Shown here: piece by piece, positions 53,780 through 64,000 of the stretch
Layout of the letters: each line of letters starts with the position of its first letter
Position numbering within the stretch: the first letter of the stretch is position 1
NCBI GenBank assembly: GCA_036172245.1
Contig: JAYWIR010000001.1
Span: 3,472,001-3,536,000, forward strand
Length of the DNA stretch: 64,000 bases
Reading direction: 5' to 3'
Source: Raillietiella orientalis
Taxonomy: Eukaryota
Made by a program: the position numbers and the translations under genes
The notes under the pieces: generated by a model
What the model was told of the DNA's origin: nothing
The model's database searches: none
The model's input: the letters and a program-made list of their open reading frames with translations, nothing else

Positions 53780-56700
53780 GAGACTGCCTTCTACCCTCCG
53801 CACCGAGTCGGTGGCTCACCACGGCACTCGTCCTCTTCCCCCTCCCATCTCCCGGGTTCCTTTACACTCCTCCTTCTCGCCCGCACCTTTGCTCGAAAGA
53901 AGGAAGGATTGGAGCGGAAGAAGTTGTCGCTGCAGGACGGCGCAAGAAGCAGAAGGTTGCAGCACGGGGTTCTCCCCGCTGTGTGGGCGGCACCAGAAGG
54001 GAGAAATGGAAGGAATGCAAGAGACTCAAGAGCAGGAAGGTCGCTGAAGGAAGGGTACGAAAGTGAGTGGAAGTGCTGGCATAAAAGGCACAGCTCATCG
54101 GTAAAAGCGCGGTGGCAGGATGTAGACTTGCAGACTGCACACGTGAGTCCTCGATGGAGCAAGGAGAAGTGGCTGCCAGCGTGCAACGTTGCTCGAGGGC
54201 AACTGACTCCTAGAAAGTCGAAGGCAAAACGGAAATGCTCAGGCTGAAGGAATCTTCAGCATGCAGCAGCAAGGAATGAAAAAGTTGGGCTGCCGATTGG
54301 TTTCAATTTCTCAGGTTTCCACCAAGGGTCCCACTGCCATCCGCGGCACCGTTGCCCCGGGTTACGAGAGAGGCGATGCTCCGCCGAAGGCTAGGTGGGC
54401 AACACCAAGAGGCTGAACGTCGTTTCACGGGGCATCGCCCGAAGCAGTACTTCCGTTTCAGGATTCGCTCACTGCCTGGAACGTGGGTTTCGCGCGGCAG
54501 CTTACCGAGGACGAAAACTTTTATCTTAGAGATCCGCACGTGGGACTCCGCAGGATGGCTCGCTCTTCCGACGAATTTGGGAAGCGGCTCCTGAGCAAGT
54601 TGTTTCACCAGCATCCGATCCCATCGCCTCACGGCGCTGAAGGAGAAATTTTCAGCTTATCCGCCTCCCTTTCCCCAAGAGAGCATCCTGCGTCTTCCAA
54701 GAGAGAAGAGTCTCGTTTTCTCTATCGGCCGAGACAGGGTGACTTGCATCGCTGCTTCCGACGTGCAGCGGCATCCGAAGAGCGTCGCCTGGTTCTGAAG
54801 AGCTCCGGAAGTGAAAATCAAAGATGAAACGTGAGCCAGGAACCAGGCAAACGACAGGAAGCGCCGAGCTCTCAGTCATTAGGGGAGGGGGGAGGGAGGG
54901 AGAGGATAAATGTGAAAAAAGAGTGCTGCGCCATCGGTGAAGAATGAGGACAGTAGGTTCCCTGACTACATGGAAACCTACTGTCCCCGAAATTCTGCAA
55001 GTGAGCAGAAACAGCAGCTTCCAGCAACCTCTGCTTCCGCTTCGACTGTTTGGTCCGATTCATCCGTCCTTTCTAAATCGGAGGGATGCGGAGGAGGAGT
55101 CTTTCGCGCGGTCCTCTTCTCCCCGCCGGCGCCACCGCGTAACCTCAGAGTAGCGTCTCACAGGAAAAATCCGGGAAGCCTTTACGCCGAGGGTTCTGCC
55201 AGATTTCCTCCAGGGCTGTTTCCGGCTTCCCGGATCTTCTTGGAAGACCCGGGAAAGACGGGGAACGCCTTTTCTTCTTGCTCTTTGTTGCCCCGCCCAG
55301 CCGCCGCGAGCGCTCTGGTCGCTTCTGCTCAACGCTTCTTTTCCATCGCCGACGACACGTCTGCGGAAAGCCCTCTGGCGCTCCAGGTGCCGAGCTGAGC
55401 CCTCGTTTGCCGGCGTTCACCGGCTGCGAGCCGTGGGAGAAGCCGACCCTCGCCGCGGGCGCTCGGGTAAGGCCTGAACGGTAGATCGCGAAGAGAACAG
55501 CTTACCCGCTTTCGCGTCCCTCGCGACTCCCCTCAGCGAAGCGGCGGGAATGCTCCCCCGAAGGGCGCGCTCCCCAACGGCCCTTGGATCCGGGGCGAGC
55601 ACTCCCGGAGAGGAGCCTCTCTTCCTTAAAAGAACAGGACGACCGCGAGTGCTTCGGAGGACCACCGCTCCCCTTGTTTCTCTTCCTTCTTCCCTATCCG
55701 GCCACCTCTCCCCGTCCCAGCCGCCCTTCTCTCCCGCGTGCCCACGCCCGTAAACGCCGCCCATCCTCGTCTTCGTCCCGTTTCGCTTCGCCGCGACCCG
55801 GACCGCAGGCGGAGGGCGAGGCGGCGGGAGGAGGCAGGGTTGCGAGGACGATCCACGGCGTGGGCAGGGCGATCCCTTCTCCTCCTCCTCCCCATCCCCG
55901 GCTCCCGCCTTGTCCTCCCGCTCCGACACTCAACGTCGGCGCGAAGCGAGGCTTATCGTAAATCAAACAGAGTTTATCGCCCTCCTCTCGCTCCCACCAC
56001 TAGACCCACGGAGTGCCGTCCCTGACGGTAGACCCTACTTCCGCGGGAGCTCGCGCTCGGCGCGCCCGACCCGTCGCTTTTCCGCTTTCTGGAGAGCCGG
56101 GTCCTCTCGTTTCCTCTCGCCGCCTCCGCCGCTGTTTGACGACAGCCCGCAAGACTGTGACGTCACCCAGCGGCGGCGAAAGAGAGGGCGAGAGCGGTAG
56201 GGCGCGCGCAAGCGCAAACAGTGCAGCGGTGCGGGCGCGGGGAAGTTTCGCGCTGCCCCTCGCGTCGAACGCATCGTCGCAGTGCTTGGCGCGCGGTAAT
56301 GCTGCTGCGCCCCACGCGTCCTCCAGCAGCCGCCGCGGTTGCTGAGGCGACGCCGCGAGGGCGCGAAGGAGATGCCCCGCGCGTGCCCGAGGAATCGCCG
56401 GGAGAAGAACACGGAGGAAGATAAGCCCCTCGGAAGGCGGCGGCGAGGACAACGTCGACGACGGCGACGGACAGGCGCGCTGCCCCCCCGCGCGCGTGGC
56501 TCCGTGTCGGACGCTTGCAGCAACCCTCCTCCCCCCCCCCTCCTTGCGTACCTGGTGAACGCTTCCCCCGCACCATGGCGCCTCAGGTGAGCGCGCAGGG
56601 ACCGCTCCTCGCGCGCGACCCACCCGCGTCCCTGGACGGCGGCAAGGCGGCCAGTTGTGACGAGAAGAAGCACCACTTCAAGTGCGTCCTGGTGGGCGAC

Positions 56701-58450
56701 AGGGCGGTCGGGAAGACGTCGCTGATCGTCAGCTACTCGACCAACGGCTACCCGGCAGATTACTCCCCTACAGCCTTCGACGATTACACCGGTGAGCCCG
56801 TCCTCCACATCTTCCATCCTCCTTCTTTTCGGTTTCTCGAACCTTCTCGTCTCGGAAGGCGGTCCATATGAGTGTCCCGGACGCGCAACTGGCTTTCGGC
56901 AGCAGCAGCGGCGGCGGTAGCCGTTGCTGTTTCTGTCGCCGGTGCCGCTGCCGCTTTCTGGAGAGTTCGATCCTCCATCCGCGCGATGACCAGCTGAGGG
57001 GCATGCGCGCAGACGGATGCGTTCGCTCCTGGTTCCTCTCCCCCCTCCCCCGGAAGGGGACGGAATAATTCGACATCTCTACTCGTCCGCATGTGGCGCG
57101 CGCGGACAACTCTTTGGGGAACATCCCAAGGCGTGCTTCTTTCTCCGCACTGCGGCCGCTCTTCGGTTCGCGCTTCCCCTGGCCCCCGAGATATCGCTGC
57201 CGGCGCCATCGTCCCCCGACCTCCCTCCCCGTCCGCCGGGTCGGGTGGAGGAGGTGCGGAGAACTCGGAAGTGCCGAATTGCTCTTCCTTCCGCTTGAGC
57301 GCCGCGCTAGGAGCCTCGGGGTGTTTCGCGCACGACCACCGCTTGGCCTCGCAATGTGGCCAGCAGTCCGCAAGGACTGCTGCTTTCTTCCCGAGTGCTC
57401 TTTGTTTTCCTGCTTCTTCGGGTCGTCTCCGAGGCTGTGGTGGCTCTCCCATGGCGTGTGCCGTTTCCATCCTCAGAGTCCCTCCTTTTTTTCTCTTTTC
57501 TTCCCCAAGGACCACCGCTTGCACCAATCCCTCCAAGAATCACCAGCTCATCTTCGCCTTCTCTCTTCCCGGCTGCTTTCATTCGTCTTCAAAGACGAGC
57601 TGTCACGCGCCCTCTCCATGGATACTCATCTCTTATTTTTTCGCTTCCAGTGATCGTCAACGTGGAGGACGAACCGGTGACCTTCCAGCTTTGCGACACC
57701 GCAGGCCAGGTAGGCAGAACCTCGTCGCCCGCCCTTGCTCACCGCGACCTGACCTCGGGAGGGGAGCGAGGGAGCCACCCGCCGCCGCCGCCGTCCACCG
57801 TGCGCCTCTCCCTTTCCCTTTCGCCCCCACGGGAACGCCGCTTTTCACTATGGCCGGCGCCTTCCGGCTGAGCTGTCTGTTGTCGCGGACCGCGCCGACA
57901 GACGACGGGCGTCGGGGAAGGGTCAAGTCTCCTCCGCGAGGGGCACTGGGGAGGGAGCTGGGCGGAGCTGCTTCCCTCGACCGTGTGGGGGAAGTGCGAC
58001 CGACCTTGGGCCAAAAGGAGAGAAGGGGGAGGAGGAGCATCTCGTGAGCGCCTGCGGCGAGGAAGACGCGACCGTCGCGCTACTGCGCGACCGGAGAGAG
58101 AGCGCACCTGCGCACGGAGAGAACCCTCCAGGTGTCAGAGGTGCCAGGTGTTAAAGAGGACGGTCGGCCTCTCCCGTCGTCTTCGGCCGGAGCGGTGCGT
58201 GGAAGGGCGGAGGTTGCGTCTTACCCTGCACACTGACTCGGTGGCTCTCCACGGCCCTCGTCCCTTTCTTCCACTTGTCTCCCGGGTTCCCTTACACTTC
58301 CCCCTCCCCTCCCCCCGCCCCTTTGCTCGAAGGAAGGAAGGGGCTGAGCGGTAGGTGTTGCCGACGCGGGATGGCATATGCGGAAGGTTGCAGCGTGGGG
58401 TTCTCCTCGCTGTGTGGGGGCGGCACCAGGAAGATAGAGAGGCGACGGCG
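53780..58450 (+). repeat. Diverged direct repeat pair (~53780-54010 and ~58210-58440) flanking RhoU/V exons 1-2
   Basis: Shared TCGGTGGCTC.CCACGGC.CTCGTCC, TCTCCCGGGTTCC.TTACACT, CTTTGCTCGAA.GAAGGAAGG, GAAGGTTGCAGC..GGGGTTCTCC.CGCTGTGTGGG and GGCACCAG. Probably fragments of one retroelement family. Confidence 0.8.
55300..58100. promoter_or_regulatory. CpG-island-like GC-rich region covering the RhoU/V promoter, exon 1 and exon 2
   Basis: Visibly dense CG dinucleotides and CGCG runs centred on the ATG at 56575 (context CACCATGG). Confidence 0.5.
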
Positions 58451-60156
58451 CGCGCATGCCCCGCGCCGACGGCATAGGAGCGGATGGGAAGGGGAAACGT
58501 GATGATACACCGGTAGTGGTCACCGCCAGGCCACAGGGCGATCCGTGTTGTTCAGCGGTGGGTTGGTATGGAGACCTCGAGGTCTGTTCGCTCGGCATCC
58601 GGCGAAGGGCAGGAGGGAGAGGGAATGTAGACTTTGTGTGTGCGCGTGTATAGTGTGGTGCCTCCTCTTTCCGCTGACCTTCACATCCAGGAGAGCCATC
58701 GAGGGGTCGCCATGAAGTCGCCAGCGGCGTCTTCGTTTTTTCTTCCGCGCGGGACAATGCCATCGCAGATCGCGCCTGGAGTCTCCGTCGCCTCGCCGAC
58801 CCTTCCTCGGGTTCGTCTCTTCGCATGAAAGAGGAGCTTCCGGTGAATCGAGGGTCGTCCGCAGGCGACCCTCGGTCACGGAAACCCACCCCCGACCGAC
58901 CATCGGAGGTGGCTCTGGCCTCCCTGCCCTCTATCCTTCGGAGACTCCGTGTTCTCCGCTCTTCGGACAGCAGCTCTGCCCTCTTTAAGTCGACCGCCTT
59001 CGTTTCGTGGTCACTGCATGGGTCGTTTGCTTCGAGCGCTCCTCAGCTGGCACCTTTCTCGAGCTCTTTCTCGAGTCGTTTCAGGGAAAGCACGACTGAG
59101 GTGGTGCCCGAGCAGAGGGGCCAGGAATGAAACCATTCCCGGGCGTGACCCTCGTTGTGTCACGAGCGCCTTCCGCAGATGCCCCGCATTCGACCTGGGG
59201 AACCGCGAACGGGCAGGAGGGAGCTATGGGTCGCCTTGATCACCGTCAGTCCTCTCTTGTCCACCTCGACCGCGGTTTCGACCACCCAGCAGGGTTGCAG
59301 CGTGGGGTCATCTACCCCCATCCCCCCCCCGGAGCCCTGTTCTCGACCGTCATCCCTTCGCTCCACTGCATGGGGTGTCGTGGAGCCGAGGAAGAGGGCA
59401 CACAAGGGGTTCCCATGGTTTCCGGCGCGAACTCAGTTTCTCAGCCTCCATCGCGACTCCCAACGGCGACGACGGCAACGGTCAGGGGGTGTCTTTCGGA
59501 GGATCCTCCCCGCGTCCTTGCGGCGGACAGGAAGACCATTGAGTGCACTATTTTTCGGTTCTTCCGCAGCAGTGCGGTTTTCCGGACGAGCCACCGTTCC
59601 CTTCGACTCCTCCCTCCCTTGAGCCTCATTTCTACTCTTCCCATAGGATGAGTTCGATGCCCTGCGGCCCCTGGCCTATCCCGGCACCGATGTCTTCCTC
59701 GCCTGCTTCAGCGTCGTGTGCCCCCGCTCTTTCCGCAACATAACCGGGAAGTGGATTCCCGAGATCAGGCACTACTGCCCTCAGGCTCCGGTGGTCCTAG
59801 TGGGCACCCAGTGCGACCTCAGGACGAACGTCGGCATGTTGGTGAACCTGGCCAAGTGCGGCCAGAAGCCCATCCCGGAAGTACAGGCCAGGAAGGTGAT
59901 CGAGAAGATACGGGCAGTCGAGTATGTGGAAAGCTCGTCGCTGACGCAGAAGAACCTGAAGAAGGTCTTCGACACGGCCATCCTGTGCGCGCTGCGCAGG
60001 AAGCGCCACCTTTGGAAGAACGCGCCCCTCCCTCGCCACTCGCCGGAAAAATGGCAGCAGCAGCAGCCTTTCTCCACCGGCTGGTGCTGCCGCGTCTCCC
60101 GGCAAAAAACGCCATGGTGGAAGAAGCTGACGTGCTTCGCGGCGGCTCCTCCGTGA
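56575..60156 (+). CDS. RHOU: Atypical Rho-family GTPase of the RhoU/RhoV (Wrch-1/Chp) subfamily
   Basis: Exons 56575-56791, 57651-57709 and 59647-60156 (GT-AG, phases 1 and 0). The protein has [86 protein letters not shown] and the C-terminal WWKKLTCF. SYxTNGYP, PTAFD, TQxDL and WWKK..CF are RhoU/V signatures. RHOU versus RHOV cannot be resolved in an invertebrate. Confidence 0.95.
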
Positions 60157-61049
60157 GGAGTGTAAAATTCCCGGAGGAGGGGAGAGCACCGGGGGGCTGT
60201 GATATCGTTCGCTCGCCCGACGAACTTCTTGGGTCTGCTCGTTCTCCCTCCTCCTTCTCCTTTCCTCCCCACTGTGGATGCGAGACGACTCCTTCCGTGC
60301 AAGAGGAGGGGAAGAGACTTATATTTATTGTTACGGACAGACTCCTGGGCGTTTCTCTCGAGTGCAGCCGCCTCCCCCATGTTCCTGGCTTCGTGATGTG
60401 ACGTTGCATGCGCGCATCCTTCCGCCTCCCATCCAGTAAAAGAGATTTCTTCTAATGGTGCTTTGTTTTGTCTTCGGGTATCGGGATCGAGTCGCCGCTG
60501 TCACATAGCCAGCTGCGGCTGTTGGGTCGAGACACACACGGGAGGTATTCCGTTCGCGTGACCAGCCAACTGGTCCCGTTTCGCAGGCAGCGGTCAGGTC
60601 TATGACCTCTTTGTCTTCCTCTCCTTCCAGTCGTCTTCGGGCGAGTTCCTGTGGCGCGCTTGTGCTCATCCCTACAAGGACCACCTGCTTTCATCCAGAA
60701 GCATGAAGGCCGCGCAATCGTTTGTACCGAGGAAGGGAGTCGCCAAGGATGGGGGAGGGGGAGCAGAGTCTCTTTGGCGACGGCACACCCAGTCCGCAAA
60801 GACGAATGTCCTGCCAAAATCGGGATGACTTATTTGTTTGTACCTCAACCCTTCCCGTGAAGTTCCTTCAGATCTCCATCCCTTCAGAATCCATCCGGAC
60901 GCTCTTGGCGACAAAAGGCGTCCCTGTGGAACTTGAAGGTGCTTCAGGCAGGCTGACAGATGACGATCCAACAACTAGGTGCAGGAATGGGGTTTCCTAT
61001 TTTCCTTGTTACTGATCGGTGAAAGCATCTCCCCAGGGAGGTACCGGAT

Positions 61050-62850
61050 CGGAAGGCAGGATGCGAACGGATGAAAAAGAGTGGTGACTACAGGACTGCG
61101 ACCACCATTCCCAGTGATCGACGCCTGGAGCAGCGCGCCTGAGGGCTTGAATTTCCGTCGCAGCAACCCTGCGGCGGTTGGCTCCATCACCACGGCCACC
61201 ACCACGAGGAGATTCTCCCCCGTTGACAACCGCGACTACCAGCGAGGGGAACGGGAACGCTTGAGTTCATCCTGTACCTTTCCTGCGGCCACGCGTGACA
61301 CGAAGGGGTTCTTGTCCGGACAGGAGCCGCCGCCCGAAGGAGTTTCCATCCCTTCCTGTCCATCAGAGCTACTCTCAAGTCGATAAAAAGGGAGTGATCA
61401 GAGAGCTCGAGGGGGCGCGGTCCATGTTGCTCCCAGGCAGTCACTCCGTCTCCAACGCCTCAGGGGAGTCCGAGTGAGCAGCTGCATGAGTGTTCCTACA
61501 CCCAGTCTGTTGTAGACTGCGGGCGTGTTTGCCGCTATAAGAATCCACGGGCTGTTTCATCCTGGTTTCCGCCGCAGGGGTATAGTCGCGAGTTTCCGCC
61601 GAGGGGTCCGACCTGCTCCAAGTAACGCGTGCATGAACGGCCTTCAGGTGGCTCTGCGCGCACCCCTGCACACGACCGCCGCAGCACGAGAGCGTCCCAC
61701 TGTTGGCATGATGCACCTCCCTCCTACGTCTTTGGGAGGAGCAAGGAGAGGTAACCTGCCGAACAGTAGGAGTTAGCAAGACCCAACGCATGATGGAGGA
61801 CGACGCAGATGGCCCACAAAACCTACCCGAAGACACTAACCCAGGACCTCTTCCACACATGCTGGAAGGATGCCAGCATGGCCGGAGGCGCACGTAAGGG
61901 GTTCCTTAAGTTCCCAAGGATATTCCTCAAAACCCGTCGTGAAGACGATCTATCTGAACGGATCCCAAGATTACCCTCTCACTGTCCGTCTGCGAGCCAC
62001 AGTACTTGCGAATTCGGAAGAGGAATGGTCGTCACGACACTGGGAGTCATTTCGAGATCGCCATCGAGTGCAATCGATGTGTGGCAAAGTAACCCGAACC
62101 GGTGGATGATGAAGAAAGATGCTCGAGGGTGATTTCGAAGCAAATCAGAATTAACCGGCGACATATTCTCCCTTCCTTTACCCCCCCTCCACTCAGACTC
62201 TAAATGTCTGAAGCACCTCGAGCACCCCATGAAGCGGATGGCGTTCTTCTAGAAGGCAGTCAATGGGTCTCCTGCTGCCCCCAACGAACTGCAGTGCCTG
62301 GCGGCAGGAGGATGTACATACCTGGGCGAATAAACAGATGCATGGGAGCTCACTTCTGTGTTGCATGACACCGACATTTGCAGAAAACTTCCTGGTGGAG
62401 GAACACGCGGAATTCCAGTTCAACAAAATCCTTCAAAACAAACGTATTGTCCCTTTTTTGTACACCGCGACAGCTCCTTGCTTTCCCCTGCATGCAGCAG
62501 ATCCTGGTGCTCCTTGTACTCTGGTGGGAACTGATTGCGCAGTGGAATCCATCATCACTCGAAGAAGGAGTTTCCTCGTACTGGATGATGTGTGCGTGTG
62601 TGTAGATTGGAGGACTCCATCATCATCCCACACCTCTTACTGGATTTTGGTGCTCTTTCGTCCGAGATGGACTCTCGCCGGCTGCGGTGCTCTCGGGGTC
62701 TCGTGCTGTATCCTGAAAGGCCATCGAGGCAGCTCGTCGCGAGATAGAATTCCAGCAGAGGAGAGAGAACCATCCTCCTAGCCATTTTGTCTCCTTTGCC
62801 ATCCCGGACCTCGTCCTGGGATGCAAATCCACGTCAGACATACCCGTGCC
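61050..62850 (+). mobile_element. Decayed non-LTR (R2/RLE-like) reverse transcriptase region
   Basis: Ordered motifs SSAPEGLNF (like SAPGPDG), DKKGVIRELEGARSML (like K.gd....RPI), PGFRR..G...SNAC..LQVAL...RER (like QrGF..G..N...Lq), MEDDAD, and HTWANKQMHG; frameshifted. Confidence 0.5.
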
Positions 62851-64000
62851 CCCGCAGAACTCCAATAACTCGAACATGTGCGTTTATTTCGTGATGAGCA
62901 AATGTACAGCTGAGCTGACTTTCATCACCAGTGCAGGTCGTCTGGAGTCATTAGCATCGAGAGGCCCGCTTATTCCTTTCCCTATTTAGTTCTCTACTGA
63001 ATCGTCTTCTTTAGCTTCAATCCCTCTCAAGTTTTCATTTCACTAAGGTGAAAAACTTGAGAAGGATTGCGCCACACAGACGAGATGAATTGGCGTGGAT
63101 GCAGACACATGACTGTCTTTATCATTAGTATCATCAGACACGGTTATAATCAATGTTTTTTGCGTTTCAAGCGAGTAGGATGGTTTCCTTCTGTCGTTAT
63201 GGTAATGATTTGCGTTCAACGTACGTCTCGCGGTGTACCCATGATCGTGTGCCATTGTGCAATGCCTTCCCTACTATTTTATGTCTTCCTGTGCCTCATT
63301 TCGTGTGCCGTTGCTGTCATGCATGATCATAAATACAGGTTCCTGTCTGTGGTGCAGCAGGAAGAAGCATTACCATGGCTACTTTACGCCTTGTGCATTA
63401 ACACCATTCAGCCATTCTAAGGTGTTATCAATGCTGACATGCATAGTGATGCGCAGTTTCATACGTCATCATTGGATGTCGTTATTAGTGTGCAGCATTG
63501 TTACCACGGGGAGTTGCCTTCCTGCCTAGTGACACATTCGTCTCCAAGGCAGCAAGAGGCCTCCAAGCCTCGCGCTATCATTGTTGAGCGTTGCTGCCTT
63601 TTCCTTCGCAGCCATGGCAGCGGGAACACCCGAACGACAGTCGCTCTGATATACTGTCACCACGCTTCTGAGAGAATATGAGGCACGCCGAGGGACGGTT
63701 CTCGTGATCACAAGCCCGTGCTGCGCTGTGGTGTCTTCTGGGCTGATAGAGAGTACATCTGCACCAAGACAAGACAACCTCAGTCGGCATCCTGACCTGC
63801 TGCTTTCGCGTTTCTCCACGAAGAGTTCCCCTTGGGGACGAAGATCGCGCGTTCGAGGTGGGCGGGGGAGAGGAATGTAACGTCAGCATACGCATCACCA
63901 CCCATTCGTTTGAGGACCAAAGGATATGGGGGGGGGGGGAGGGCGAGGTGGTGAAGAAGAAGAATAAGGATCAAAAAAAAAAGAAAAAGAAGACCTGCTA

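Noticed and set aside
25000-62000. Numerous long overlapping ORFs (e.g. 27065-28228, 45134-46024, 57091-58047)
   Set aside because: Low-complexity R/P/S/G-rich translations on all six frames, as expected from stop-poor GC-rich DNA; no domain signatures.

Overview
Eukaryotic (invertebrate-metazoan-like) genomic DNA with spliceosomal GT-AG introns, so most ORFs in the six-frame track are spurious. Four spliced genes can be reconstructed by hand: a 5'-truncated Regnase/ZC3H12 PIN-CCCH RNase (+, 1-2579), the HEPN rRNA-processing RNase LAS1L (-, 2662-4749), the ciliary LRR protein TCTE1/DRC5 (+, 16229-24262) and an atypical Rho GTPase of the RhoU/RhoV (Wrch/Chp) family (+, 56575-60156). The first ~10 kb is AT-rich and compact, with many 42-61 nt introns, and also holds a possible decayed non-specific endonuclease. 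The rest becomes GC-rich and is largely decayed Ty3/gypsy, BEL/Pao and R2-like (RLE) retroelement relics plus at least six copies of a tRNA-headed, hairpin-rich SINE-like repeat. The best leads are three tandem C(UAU)G stem-loops (one an exact CDE consensus) in the 82-nt gap behind the Regnase stop codon, a G12R-equivalent P-loop in the RhoU/V protein, and the UUCG-hairpin SINE family with an inverted cluster. All family calls rest on motif recognition by eye; no database search was run.
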